Counted from the first letter of the stretch, positions 1 through 13,955 are shown. The stretch is DNA of 64,000 nucleotides from Fimbriosthenelais zetlandica (GCA_977030845.1 OZ365115.1:34658001-34722000), one strand, 5' to 3'. The notes: a model not told the origin generated them from the letters alone. Numbers and translations are program-made.

Positions 1-1340
1 CTCAGGGAAAAAGAATAGAGCCAAAAGTAAAATATGAGATGGCCGCTTTTTGAAACAATGAATGTTGCAATGTATTTAATTAGATGATATATATTTACCA
101 ATAATCTAGCAATGCATTAGCCATCATATGTTAGTCATCAAAATGATCTATATATATATCCATCTATTTTTCTTGTTAACCTACACTCTTTATTTTTCCA
201 TGTCGCTTGATACCATTCCAATACATTGCCATGCAATAAGCCTATGCCTTGACAAATATGCATTTGACAAATATGACTGGACCATTAATTATATAATTTG
301 AAGATCTGTATATTAGTTCATACTGAACGACATTTCTGAGTAAATCCACATCGTTTGTCAGTGCCTTGGTATTTAGGTCACACCCTAGTATTGAACCAAT
401 ACGTTACCATAGTAACTAGGGTTCCTGGTCTAGAGATATCACGTTCATAACGTCCCCTTACTGTGATATATGGAGACACCGATCCCCGGCTAATCTACGG
501 TTAAAATACTCCACTCTGCTAGGTCTGAGATTGAGCGCAGTTTGTAGAGGAGAGGGAGGTGAAGACGGAGGAGGAGGGAGGAAGGGAGGATGAGTCGGGA
601 TGAGCGGCAGGATGAAAGGCGGGATGTAACGCATGTCTCCCCCGCCCGGGAGATCTATCTCTACGCCTTCTCCCGCCTGGATCTTCCCCTTCTCCCCAGT
701 CTGCCTCCCTGTCTCCCGCTTCCCCTTTCCTCCCTCCTCCCCTCCCATTTCTGCGGTAACCCAGGTAGCAATTATAGGCTTTTAATTCAGGCAATTGTCT
801 TACATTTGCGGTTCATGCTCCTAATTGTAGGGTGGGTTGTCACAGCTTGTGAATTGCGGTTCTTGCAAGTACATAGATTCATTGCCATAGGAATGCAGAG
901 ACTATACGTACCACATGCCGCAAGATGTGAAGTGAAAAGTTGCAATGATAATTCATTTGGGGGTCATCTCATCTCCTTCTCCCTTTGCCCGCTTCAATCA
1001 AATTTATCGATTGAAGAATAATTTCCATTGTCTGTTAATCCAAGTAAACATTTTGATATGGAAATGGGAATAGCGTAAATTGTGAGGATATACATGCTCA
1101 TATTTCTTTGAAAAAGCATCGAAAAAATACATTGCTTTTAAATACCCTCAAAGAAAGCATGGAATTATGAATTAAAATCTTAAATTTTCTTATCAAACAC
1201 AAGGAAATGGTCAGAAAAATTGCCGCATGCTGGCTACAAAAAGTGATTTGAGCCTGGGAGAGGTAGGCGTGACAAGAGGACACATGTTGATGCGCTCCCG
1301 GCCTGCCGGATCCATCAGCATCCCGACCCAACATTCCATC

Positions 1341-1398
1341 AGACAAGATAATGTCAATCAAATGATGAGTCAGCCAATGAATGGCGGGGGGCGTGGCC
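1341..1398 (+). promoter_or_regulatory. Dense promoter/enhancer-like motif cluster ~1.9 kb upstream of the ATG
   Basis: GACAAGATAA (1342), TGAGTCA AP-1 (1366), AGCCAATGA CCAAT box (1372), AATGGCGG YY1-like (1380) and GGGGCGTGGC Sp/KLF (1388) lie within 60 bp. TSS unknown. Confidence 0.45.
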
Positions 1399-1559
1399 TA
1401 TTACAGACAGACAGGGAGGATGAGCGGGATCCAAGGAGGCTGGGTGAATCATTGGTGGAGGATCAAAGTAAGGGCGGTGTCTCTCAATGCCTTTACTCCA
1501 TCCTCAGGCTTGGATTCACGGGTTCTCAGAGCCGTGGTATTGTCACTGTCTTTACCATT

Positions 1560-1835
1560 GTCTTTTACATGCCTCTCACCACAGACAGTGGGATACATGC
1601 TTGGCCTTTTACATGCCTCTCACCACAGACAGTGGGACACATGACTGGCCTTTTAAATGCCTCTCACCACAGACAGTGGGAGACATATAGCTGGCCTTTT
1701 ACATGCCCCTCGCCACAGACTGACAGTGAGAGACATGGCTGCTTTGATAACTCAATTAGTAGCAATATATAATAGCACTGGAAGAAAGACAATTGCAAAT
1801 TAGGAGAACGCTTGGGGAATTGAACCTGAGACCTC
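1560..1835 (-). mobile_element. tRNA-derived SINE-like family A copy with ~4 units of the 44-bp repeat
   Basis: On the minus strand: B-box GGTTCAATTCC (1816-1826), body TTCTCCTAATTTGCAATTGTC.TTC..CCAGTGCT, then 44-bp units CATGTAAAAGGCCAGCCATGTCTCCCACTGTCTGTGGTGAGAGG. The same layout recurs at 42218 and 57607. Confidence 0.7.
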
Positions 1836-3284
1836 CCACGGACAGGTCGAGTACACTTCTGTACTCCCTTGTGTCTATAACACTGTCCTTAATCAAACAT
1901 AATCAACTCCCCCCCCCCCCACCTCGACCACCTGGTTCTGTCCTTGATTTCTTCCCAGTCTCAGAGGTGAACCTGTCATAACAGATCAGCTGGTAGTGAA
2001 GCAATAGACACATGCAGTGAAATCCCAAGTGAAGCTGACCTATATTAACATCAAGTGCGGAAACTGATGCAAACTAATATGAAAGTTGCAAATATCCATA
2101 GTGAAAAATACCCCTATACTGGCACGAGGGGCGATGGCTTTAATATTGGGAGAAATTTTAGTGAGACTGGCCTGAGGGTGGGAGGGAGGGAGGGAGCCTA
2201 TGTACTATACTGACATGATCAGACAGGTCAGATCCCTCGCTCCTACTGCTGACCAGTGCTTTCTACTGACCACTGCTCCCAGCTGACCATAGCTCGATCC
2301 TACAATTACTGACCAGTCCTATAAATTGACCAATGCTACTAGTTGCACTCAAAACATTGCCTTTGGGATTGACCAATGCATTGCAACTGTACTAGTTGCA
2401 CTTTAAACCTTTACTCCTCTGAGAGAAGTTTCTATGATAGGAAGAATCTTTGATAGATAAATTAGATGGGTCGGGAAAGAAGGCTAAGAATGCCATTTTA
2501 TTATGTCAAGAGAAATGCATCAAATTGAACTGCCTCATTTGCTGCAGTACTCATTTGACCCAGTAAATGCTTGAACACTCATTTGCCTCTCTAATAGCTA
2601 GAGTAGGTCTACTCACTCTCCTATGAGTACTCATTGGCCTCTGACGAATCCTGAATTATAGGCAATTCTGAATATCACTTTTGTGTATGTTCGAAATTTC
2701 ATAACCAGATTTGTCTCTGAGAAGTATTCTAGCTATCGCACCCACCTGCCCCCTTACCCCCCTGCCCACCTAACTCTACCTGAGGGAGCAAGCTTGGATG
2801 GAACCAATACAAGCCATGACATGGTCAACAAGTCTGAATATGTCTCAATATATCAACTCAGCCAGTCCCACAGCGGATACTGGACGATTATGTAACATCG
2901 AGTGTGTCCTATACTCCCGTGTATACATACCCCCCCCCCCCCTCCCCCCCCCCCACCTACCTGATGCCTTCTACCACTACTCACCACCTACACAAGTCGT
3001 GAGGAGTACGCATGCGTGAACCAGGTGGTGTCCTATTGACAGGCATTCCGTGTTTTTGTCACCAATCTTCTCATGTCAACTCTCTCCGGCTCCTATGATA
3101 TCTTCTAAACGTTCCTGGTATAACAGAACAATCAGAAAGCTTGGCTTCTAAGTGGAAGTAGTAGCACTCCTATACTGCAGTGGATACATTATTACCTCCC
3201 ACCAGCAATTAACTCAACACAGCTCATAACACACACACACAAGGATTAATTAATCTACTAAATTATTATCAAGAATTAACAAAA

Positions 3285-3321
3285 ATGAGGTCCAAACCCA
3301 AGGCGAGACGATTGGCAAACG
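3285..3321 (+). CDS. MECOM/PRDM16: Coding exon 1 of Prdm3/16 (MECOM/MDS1-EVI1 / PRDM16 family PR-domain zinc-finger transcription factor)
   Basis: AAAA-ATG AGG TCC AAA CCC AAG GCG AGA CGA TTG GCA AAC G|GTGAGT translates to MRSKPKARRLAN, then a phase-1 consensus donor. It matches the remembered N-termini of human MECOM (MRSKGRARKLAT) and PRDM16 (MRSKARARKLAK), whose first coding exon is also 37 nt. It splices in frame to 47207. Confidence 0.92.
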
Positions 3322-6300
3322 GTGAGTGGGGATGGTGATTCCATTCTTTCTGTGTTTTCCTTTCTGGTGTGTGTGTGTGTGTGTGTTGGTTAGGTATGTG
3401 TGAGTTACCACTGTAGACATCATAGTTGATTAGGTTTAGAAATGAAAATTCTACAAGTGACAAAGGGAATAGCTGTTTAGGAAGTTTGATGGTGGCTAGT
3501 TGTATCAGATGGCCGCCTATTTGAGTACGGTACAGTTGTCGAAATGTCTTCGGTCGTTTTCCGGGTGTTTAAACATTGAGAAATCATTGAAAAATTGAGG
3601 AAAGGTCAAGAAAGGTGTTTGTTTGTATTGTGGTTTCTGAGTGATAAAATAAAGGATTGTGATTGGTTGGGAGGTGAAAGGGGCGGGGCTAGTCACGATG
3701 GTCATCCATTCACAATCTGAGGATCTTATATGATGGATGTTAAGATCAAATTTTCGGTGAATTAGTTGATTTTATTTAGGATTTTGTTGGGTTACATCAA
3801 AAACCTTTATAGACAAATCAAATGATGCCTTGATTTTGTCTGAATGATTTTCATTTTCCTTGAGCCTATTTTTCAGTTATTTTTTTCTTTTTTAGATTTT
3901 TTTTTTCATGATCTTGAGTATCTATATATCATTTTCTATGACAGATCTGTGAAAAACACATCTGTATTCACATCTTAATCTATCTTTAAGACAAAGAAAT
4001 TTGACTAAATATATCCAGGTGGATCAACAGTGAGTTTTCACTATCAGAGATAAGACTTATCAGTCTGTCATCTGTATTGCTGTGCATACTTGACTTTCAT
4101 GCGGAAAAGCTGGCTGCTTTGAAAAACAAAGAATATAAACTACCATGAAACTTATATTGATGAGCATTTTCTAATGAAATTTCCACATAATTGTGATACA
4201 TTCACCTACAACATCAGACTTCAGCTGTTCTGCTGGGTCACCTACAACATCAACAACAATTCTGCTGGGCCACCTACAACATGCACCAAACCTTACCGTA
4301 GTTCTGCTATCTCTCAAATTCGATCATTTAATGGCCTAGAGCTATTGGCTTCACGATCTTAGACATATAAAACAAACAATTTCCCTCTTTATTAATAACA
4401 ATTTAATCTTGATTTTCGGAATTGAACTTAAGTCCAAAAGTAAGATGAAAAATGATGGAGGATATCCGTGAGAGCGGGGGAGTCTGTACACCTCTGTCTA
4501 TCTCTGAAGTTTTAAACTTTTATCTGTAGTGAATGTGTCAACATGGCCTCGCTCGTCTCATTGTCCTGTATTTTATGATGGTCGCTAGTCCTCATCCGGT
4601 CCGTCTGCTAATTCTCACACTTCTCTTCTACGAAAAGAGCCGAGAAACTGAGGCACTGACGGGGGCTCCAGTTACACTAAATCCTTTAAATTATCCATGA
4701 TTTGATCCCAATATTATAATTCACATTTTGGCAATTAGTACAGTGATTAATTGCTAATTTTTTGTGTCTCTTATGGTCTCCAAATGTAAAAGTTACCTAT
4801 ATCCCTCTAAATTATCCATGGATCCCTCCCTTGAGGGATTTTTGGCCAAGTTCCCTATATATCTCCGAAACCCCTTATCTGTGCCTCTTTAGTACCTTGT
4901 ATCGGTGAAGTATTGATGGTCAAAAAACACGATAGGAAACATGTTTATCTACATTGCGTCAAGCTTGGTTTATTTCTGTCCATCTGACGAGAGGCTGATT
5001 GACATGAAGTTCAGAGAGTTTAGAGATTAGATCGGTTGGTTACACAAAACAAGATAACATCATTAAGTTAGATTTTTTTTTATATAAAGATGCGGATCCG
5101 GAGGGGTTTCGTTTGTCGGAATTTTCTAATCGGTGGGTAGGTGCGTGGGTAATTTACTGTTGGAAATAACATGATATGGAATTCTGATTGATTATCATCA
5201 TCTATGATGGCATTAGGCCTACACATATTATAAAATGATTGAGTTTCTATTAGACTTTAATGTCTTTCAGGTTACGTAATGTCTTATTGGCGAATTAATT
5301 AAGATTCTTTCATCTAATTTTGAGTTCTGTGGCAGCTAACTGTTAGTAAAGCTACTTCAGTGTCAGTGAATGACCCATTTTCCGTCTGGGCCTGTAGTTC
5401 AATTATTACTTTCCTCTGGTTATGTTAAGGATTAGGACTGTACCGAAGGTAAGGCCAGAAAAAAGTATTGTATACAAAAAATAACCCATACAGAGATGTA
5501 AGTTTTATCAAGGAACAAATAATAACATTTCTGGAAGCCAGAACAGAACCTTGAGCTAGATTTGTGCCTAAATTTCCTAAATTTGATATTTTTTAATTGG
5601 AAAAAAGTATGTTCGAGTGACGCGTGTGGTGACGCTAAACATAATATTTTTTTGGCCTAAGAAGCATTTAGTCTGTGAATTAGGATACAGTACATCTAGC
5701 TGAATAACTGATCCACTATAGATCTAATCTGACCACTGGCTACTTCTATTCATGGCTCACAACTTATTACAGGACTCTAAATTTACTAATGGTATATTTA
5801 TAAATAGTTTATCTGGTTTATCACATTAATACAACCGGTTCAGTGTAAATGCAATGGAATAATTATATAATTTGCCACGGTTGTAAAACCAGGGTTGGAT
5901 TTTTCTTTGCTCCCATGTTTTTTGTTTCTCTATCCTTTCCCCTTTCATGTTCTATCTTTCTTTCTTTATTTGTTTTTCAACTTCAAATCTGTTCAAAATA
6001 GCACCAGCACATATGGACATACATATGTTGAGTATTTTTTTATTGTGTGGGGACAGATTTGAGACTTGAAGTCCAGTTGTGGAGAGAGGGGCAGTGAGTA
6101 CATTCCTGTATTATCAATACATATAGGGTTCAGATGTCGGGGTGAGGCCCCCACCCCAACTCACCCAACATCTCACCCAACAACTACCCCAACAATACAA
6201 AATAACCATCAAATGAAGCATGAGACACAGATACATTCATCCGCCACTAACATGAAAAGACACCTCCCCGCTACCCCGCACCAAATGTAAGACCCTCGCT

Positions 6301-8108
6301 GATTGGTCAAACACAATGTTAGCCCTATTGTGATTAGCCATTGAGCCGGATACGGAAATGCCCTGGGGGACATATAGTTGTGATTTGCCGCTATGGTTGT
6401 CTATAATCATGGCATGGTTGTCTCGGAACGCGCACAATTAAAGAGTAATTTGTGCCATTTTGAGGTATTGGTGGGCGCTGGCGATGGTCAGGAGCGAGGT
6501 ACAGGAGTAAGACAGTATGGGCTGGATTCATGACATGCAGAGACAGTCTGTTACTGAGGTGGGCGATAAAAGGGGAAGTGAGGGTTGACTGATGGCATTA
6601 GATGGCTCACTTCACATGTTGGTGGGAGGAATAGAGAGGTGACCGTTACAGCATCACCAGATGGGCCGGGTTAGCTACCCTTACAAGAGACACACTGTCT
6701 ACATGTGAGGGAAAAACTGAGGACATTTGGTGGAATTGTAATTATCTGACAGATGATGAGGTGAAACCAACAGTCAGTCATTATATGACAGATGGAAAGA
6801 GGCACTGCATGAAAGAGGCAATGTTTACATAGAAGAGGGCGGGAGATATTGAGGTGGGTGGGGAGTGGAAATTATGAATTATGACAAGTGTCAGGACATT
6901 ATACTTAGACTTAGGTACAGTGATATAGCTACATGAGATTATAGTAAACTTACAGAAGAATAATGTTCACTTTATAATATTAATCTTGTCACCAATGATT
7001 TTGATTCTTATTCAGATTATAAATGAAAATGGGCATTCTCATGCACTCCCTGCCTGAATTACTTCTGACACAAATATCTTTTCGCCGAATACATATTATT
7101 CTTTCCTGGAAATTGAGGGCTCCCATTCCAAAGCCTTTCTAACATCACTATTATCTTTGTTGCATATCACAATAGCCCAATAAATGTTATAGCATTGTAG
7201 TTTATAGCTCGCACGACTATAGCCATTGCGATATTGCAACACATTTCATGAGACTATACCCTGAAGAAATAAATTTGAAAGAATTCTTGGATTTCCTTTC
7301 ACAATAGTCTTATCATCGTCTTATCAGCTTATCAGGGAGTAGACAGCGTCTGGAAGCTCACAGTCTGGGGACAGGAGAATAAAAAAGCGGGAACTGTTCA
7401 TTTTTGAAACAGGATCTGTTTGTGTACAGTTGAATGGAGACATGATAAGGTAGACTATTCCAGCCTCTAATTCCCAGTCATGGCGTGGTACTGGAATATC
7501 AAGCCTCAATGTCCAGAACCATTATAGCCGCACTACTGCCACTCGCAACGGTGCATATTTCCTGAGACAGCGCCGGAACTGGTGTAGCGTGAAATGTTCT
7601 CCCTTTTGTGGAGGTTGGGAGCATTGTCCGCGGCGAGCATGGGAGCCGTGGGTGCTCCTACATGCTTGGTGGCACCGATGTCTCTACATATACTCAACCT
7701 TTGTCTGCTGCTCTCTACTTGAAATGTTTTACAGGGAAATGATTCTCAGAGCATCCAATTAACACTTGTTGGTTCCTTTATCTATGGTCGATGAGTGGTG
7801 GCAGATTGGTGGGAAAATCCCAGAGAGAAAGGGAGAGATGGAGAGAGCGGGAGAGAGAGACAGAGACAGAAAGGCAGATAGAGTCTATTGATATCTATCA
7901 TAGCTTCATGCACCTGCTTGCTAATTAAAGGACTTCTGCATTCCTTTAAACCTAGTTAAAGGTTTGACCGAACATCAATGAATTTAGACCTATAACATTG
8001 AATTTGATATGTTGAATTTAATGTTGGTGCCATGTATACATTAAAAGGCTGCTAGGGTAAGATTCCTCTGATATATTGAAATGGAAAATTGATGTAGTAA
8101 GTTGGAAA

Positions 8109-8177
8109 GGGCACCTGGTTTGCAAAAAGGGCTCCTAGTTTTCGAAAAGGGCTCCTGGGGGTGACAAAGGGCTCCTA
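8109..8177 (+). repeat. Short tandem repeat AAAGGGCTCCT, ~21-bp period, ~4 units
   Basis: AAAGGGCACCT once, then AAAGGGCTCCT three times. Confidence 0.7.
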
Positions 8178-11100
8178 TAAGTTGGGCAAACTGCCCTGCA
8201 TGGCACTATACCTTCATTTTGCTGCGTATGGATGACAATATGTGGCTTACCAATCCATGACATAATCTACAGGAATTTAATAAATGAGAAAAAAATGTGT
8301 CAAAGCAGCTGAAAAAGGTGTGAGAGCTTGATTAGGAATGATGGATGATGCTGTAATGGATGATTTAATTGATATTGTTCTGAGTTAACAAGACGATCAA
8401 AAACTGTCATTGTTACCACAAGATAACCAATGGTCGATACAGACGGGGGTGGAGGAGCTGCTTGGGGGCTTAAACCCCACTCCAGTTAGTACCAGATTTC
8501 TCCTTTTTTCATGTTGATTAAACTAACCTTAGAGCACTGACTAACTCTGCTATATAGAGATCATTGCCTTGCTCTTCTTGAAGCCCTTTATGGCTATTTG
8601 CTGGCTGGACTTTGATTCTGATATAGGGTTTTCAACTTGGGTTTTCACTGGTTGCCACAGGAAAGCAGGGACCTCCTGTCACATGTCCCAAGAAGAAAAA
8701 TGCAATGACAAATTTCAAGAATGGCAAGACAAAAAACCTTGTAATGTGCCACCAGTGTCTCCCGCGTGCTTTACTGATCCCCTGAAGGCGATGACCGATC
8801 CACTTCTGCTATTCTCTCTATTTTTATGTTTAAACAACTTTTTCCTTCACTTTTTTCGCGAAAAGGGATTACAGTTTAAAGACACCCCACTCGTCCACAT
8901 GATTGGCTCCTCAATCTCAATGTAGTTGACTCCGACCTTACTGAGATCAAATGGTTTCCAGGCAGATCAATCCAACAAAATTGATGGAATTAAAAATATC
9001 TTTCACCCAAAAAGAGCCCTTCTTCTGCAGGTCGAGGATTGACATGTTTATTGTCGATTAAAGTCGTATACTTTAAACGTAAACACTACATCATATTAGA
9101 GATAGCCTTTTGAGTTTTATCTCAGAGGAGAAAAGAAGAAAAATGAGAAAAACAATGCGGGTGTTAAATGATGTGTGTTTGTGGGGTGATCGGGGTGCCC
9201 CATGGTGGCGCTCTGACACACCACAGACGGTGAGAGGTCACCGGGGGTCAGGTCCGTCCTCCTCCTACCCTCACCACCCAGATGAAGATGTGACGACATG
9301 TTAAAACAAGATGTCCCGCTCTTCAGCACGTGGAGGCGTGAAAACCACCCGCTTCCTGTCCTCTAATCAAGGTCAAGGTCAGATAAGTTGATCCGGGTCT
9401 TATTGTCCAATTACAAACAGGAAACGCGTTCTGATAACGTTTTTGAATCGTCTCCAAGTAAAAAAGCGATCGGATTGAGCGAGGTTCGGTGGGGAAGTGA
9501 CTTGCCGAGTTTAATGTCATTTATCAGGTTTGTTTGAGTCAGTTTGAGGGTAGGAGGATCAGTGGAGGATGGATGGCGGCGGATGGTCGCCTGTTATAAT
9601 GGATCGTTCCCCAGGGGGCGGTGCGGTCAGTCTTCCCTGAGAAAAGATTTATGGACAAAGATGGTCGATATTAACACATCAATTTCATAAACCGGCGTGG
9701 AGAGACTTAATCACAATATGACAGTTTTATGAAAGTGTCGCCGGGCGGGGTCGCGCGCGCACCTCATCTGTTTGGTTTTATCTGTGTGGGACAGCAGCGC
9801 CCTCCTGAGACGGCGGCAGAAGACGCCATCAAAAGATGCTCCCCGAGCTGCGCATGCGTCAATCGGGGGATTTACTGGGCTTGATTTATCAACGTATAGG
9901 GGGCATCGTGATTAAATGGCTGACTGTCAGACGCCATGACAGCCCTGCCGTCAAGGGGCCCGCCACCTATTGTCGCGATTCATGTAAGGATGTCGCAAAA
10001 TGCAATAAAACGCGAATAAAGCAGCGCCATCCCCTGCTGGGGCGGCCAGACTGGGAACTAACGGCTGGTTTTATCCTGGCTCGCCAGGGGGAGTTGTGGA
10101 GTATATGTAAGGCTGGGGGAAGTGAGTGAATGAAAGATGACAGCATGGACAATCCGCGATTAGCGGCCCGCAGGCCCAGCCGACGTCACAGACGCTGACC
10201 ACGCATGCGCACAAATGGAAGTGATCTAAGATCAGCACTTAGCGTGATGGGGACATGTGTCAAGCGCCAACTACCGGCGCTAAAAGGAACCCACCCACCG
10301 ACCGTGCTCAAATTAACGACCATCCGCTCATACTGCCTCCCCCAAGATGGAGGAAAATGTCCTACACTACCATAGTAAAGTCACGTCCTCCCCAGACCGC
10401 CAGAACGGCTTCCGTCCATCAAGTGACCTCAGGTCAAAGGTCATGAATCTGAGGTCACATGAAGGGCATTGAACCAACCCAGGAGATGAGGAAGGGCTTC
10501 ACTCATAATTCATTGTCCTCTCTCTCGGTCATTCTCTCCTCTCTCTTTTTTTCTTTCTTTCTCGCTCTCTCTGTCTCTCTGTCGCTCTCTCTCTCTATCT
10601 CTCTGTGTCTCTCTGGCTAAGCAATACTAAAACTACTCCGTCCCCCTTTGCTTGTGAGAGTGCCCCCAAACTCCTCCACCCCTTCCTTCCCACCTGCCCC
10701 CAGCCTCCCCCTCCCCGCCCCTGCCCACATAACGGATGGAAGATGATAAAGTTGGCTTCCATCAGCCTGGTTAAGCTTTCAGTTGAGGGCAGTAGAGTCA
10801 GAGTATGAGAGCTTTCACTGCTATGTTTACGAGAACTCCAGCCTGGCCTACAGCCTAACATCAACTCAACAAATGAGAGCGCTATATGAGCGTCTAACCC
10901 CAGCTAAAAGTAGGCTCAGACACTCTACTGAGAGCACAGGCAGTCCACCCATTGCAGAAGGTTAGGACTATCGTAGAGCTCTAGTAAAACTGTCCTAATT
11001 ATGTTTCAAATCAGCTGAAATTTAAGAGTACAGGGCCCACGAATAACAGCCTCTTAGGCCCTCTTAATTAGTCCCATCTTAAGCGAACTTAAGTCATTTT

Positions 11101-12808
11101 ATTTTATTATTTGCGGGAGTGCCTTAAGATGCAACAGCTATTCTGCAATGCATTTCATGCAGCCTAACATTCCTACCAGTGTCTACTGAGAGAGCACATC
11201 CATCTATGGCCCGATCATTGCATAAATTCACCTATAAGTCTTATATCTAAGGCCCATATCCTATCTCAAATAAGTATATTTCCTGACAAGGCAAATTAGG
11301 AATTTAAGCAATGGAATTTAAGGTCAATATCTGTTTAGGACAGAATAAAGCCTTGTAAAGCCTATGGCCGTGGGCAATCCCGCAGCTGAACCATTCTGGA
11401 GCTTGTTCCCCTGTATCAATGCTGCTGAATCATTACACGCTTCGTTCCTTCATTTCATTGAAAGTGTTTTGAATAAAATGTAATGATTTTATCCCCTGCT
11501 TGTCGCCAATAACACCCCCGCCTATAGAAAGCTTTTGTGAGGATCACCCTCTCTGCTCTCTCTTTCATTCTCTCTCTGCTCTCTCTTTCTCTTATTCAGG
11601 CTCGCGCCCGTCCATCGCGCATGCGCCATGACACGCTGTGAAGGTGTGCGGTCAGTAACGCGTTATCTCGCCACGCACGCGATCTGCCGAGACTTGAGCC
11701 TCGTTTTGGTCACGCCAATCGTCCATTAAGGACCCGCTGAAAACAAACAGGACCAGCAGTCCTCTATCCCATCTCCCCGACACTCTCTCCCATCCTCCGC
11801 CTCCTCCTACTTCCCAAATCTCTATTTTACTTTAAAATGAAATCCTGTAAAGTGACGTCACAAAGGAAGGTGATGGGAAGCAGGCTTGCGCATGCGTACA
11901 TAGCCCGATCACGTGCACTACCCGACCTTGCCCCATGTGACCTGTATTATCCTCGATGATTGGTCGATTCAAACCCTTCGTGAAGGCCCAATGAAAACCT
12001 GCATGGAGAATAGGCCTATCTTTATGTTATCATACTTCATCAAGTATAGTAAACATTTACAACCTGAGGAAGTTATTTTTCTCAAATGTTATCATGATAT
12101 TTAATGAGTTTAGGTAATTGCGTTGGCCCAAAACGATTTTCGTTACCTTGCGTGTGTGTACGCTATACACAAAGTAGGACCTCCTGTGACATGCTGCCAC
12201 AAGAAATGTGAAAAGAATGTTGCAAGAAATTATGGGAAGATTATTTAAGGAACTGAGTATTTTATGTGTGTGGATATGAAGTAAAGAAAGCATCTGAAGT
12301 TGGCCAATGAAGTGGGAGGGTTGTGAGAGACAGGTGAAGTATTTACCTTTTCACTGTCTTGTATAGTCATGATCAGCTTGGCTAAAGTCCAACCCTTAAT
12401 CTCATTAAAGTACCAGGTACTCGAGACAATTAAATGAGTGAGTACTTGGTTAAGATGAACCAAATCTATAATTCAGGCCTATACCCCTCTCTACTACACA
12501 GCAAGGAGCCCAGCATCCTTCCACCGAGCAATGATTGCCTTTTATAGCTCCTATATCATTAATAATTCATTGCGTTTAGATTTTAAATTCCAGTTTAATA
12601 TTAGACTAAATATTGCACTGTACTTTCACTTGCCGCATTGACCCCACTTTAGGTACAACATCTCCAGTAAATCTCATTGCTTTATGAACCCTCATTGCAC
12701 CCAATGATGACAAGGTCAAGAAGCCCTCCCCAATGTCATGGCAGGGTCATTGAGGTTTGGATGAGTGACTTTACCCTGATATGGGTATATATGAGTGTGG
12801 GTGTGGGT

Positions 12809-12839
<31 letters not shown>

Positions 12840-13640
12840 GTTATAGGGGGTGGTGGACTAGGGGAAGAACCGCCTAAGGCCGGACTTATGCTGACCATAT
12901 TAATATAAAGATGAAAGTTTAAATGGATTATACGATTTATATATAAACAGCCTTCAGCAATGATTGACTTGATAACTCGTTGTCAATTCTAATGATGCTT
13001 CGTGTGCAGAGAACATATAGATATATAGATCCATGAACAGATTGGAACTTATTAGTGCTAATTGGTCTGTATTTGTGAATACCTGAGTTTTTTTGTTAGA
13101 ATCTTTTGCCGAATTAATATCGTCTAAAATGGTTTGTTATGCATTTGCATTGCCAAGGTTTGGAGGCTCTTTGGTGGTCACCAAAAAGTAATAGTATGAA
13201 CCAAAGCTTATTTCCTCAACGTTTCAGATTTTTTTTATATTTTATTAGCCCATTAGGTAGTATTGAGTAGGTGACTGTATGAGAGTCGACACTTGCCATC
13301 GTCGGCCCCCAACACTGTCTCTATCCAACCCACAAATCAGGGCCGGAAAAAGCTGGAAAATATCCCAAAATGATACTTTGTGGGTCGGGTTAGATAACTG
13401 TCTTAGTATCCTGATCAACAAGCCTGAGTTTAATCACATTATGTGGTGTAGAGGAGGTCTGGGGTATAAATATAAATAAGAATAGAGAGTGGTGTCGCCA
13501 TGGTTGGTCTAATCGCCACCAGATGTCGCTGGTGTCTTTTTGGCCATTGTTTTAACGCTGTCTTTAATCTTCACAGACGGTGAGGCTCCCAAACCAGGAA
13601 CGTTTCATTAACTTATACAGACTCAACTTTAGTGGTTAAT

Positions 13641-13768
13641 ATTGTCCTTCTCCAGTGCTGCTAACTGGGATGTAAAAGGCCAGCCATGTCTCCCACTGTA
13701 TGTGCTCAGAGGCATGTAAAAAGGGCCACCCATTGCTCCTATTGCCTGTGATGAGAGACATGTAGGCC
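13641..13768 (+). mobile_element. SINE-like family A fragment (body plus ~2 units)
   Basis: ATTGTCCTTCTCCAGTGCTGCTAACTGGGATGTAAAAGGCCAGCCATGTCTCCCACTGT, shared with the other copies. Confidence 0.7.
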
Positions 13769-13798
13769 TTAAATCCCTGAATGCGCTGGTTATCTTAC

Positions 13799-13955
13799 CT
13801 ACTGAGCTAATTCCCTCAATGAGCTGGTGCTTAAACAAACTCGTTGCTCTAACCTACTGAGCTAACTCGCTGAATGAGCTGGTGCTCTAAGCTATATCTA
13901 ACTCCATGAATGAACTGGTGCTCTAACTTACAGAGCTGGTGCTCTAACCTACGGA
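13799..13955 (-). repeat. Degenerate tandem repeat of a tRNA A-box/D-arm-like sequence
   Basis: Repeated GAGCTGGTGCTCTAAC. The minus strand reads GTTAGCTCAGTAGGTTAGAGCA, resembling the tRNA 5' half TAGCTCAGTNGGTTAGAGC. Confidence 0.5.

Noticed and set aside
1227-1772. 181-aa ORF upstream of exon 1
   Set aside because: Its C-terminal half is the translated 44-bp repeat; no recognisable homology.
1811-1880. Possible tRNA genes at B-box matches (1816, 15409, 42220, 57616) and A-box matches (13845-13870)
   Set aside because: No complete cloverleaf can be built; the boxes sit in repeat copies, so they are SINE-derived.
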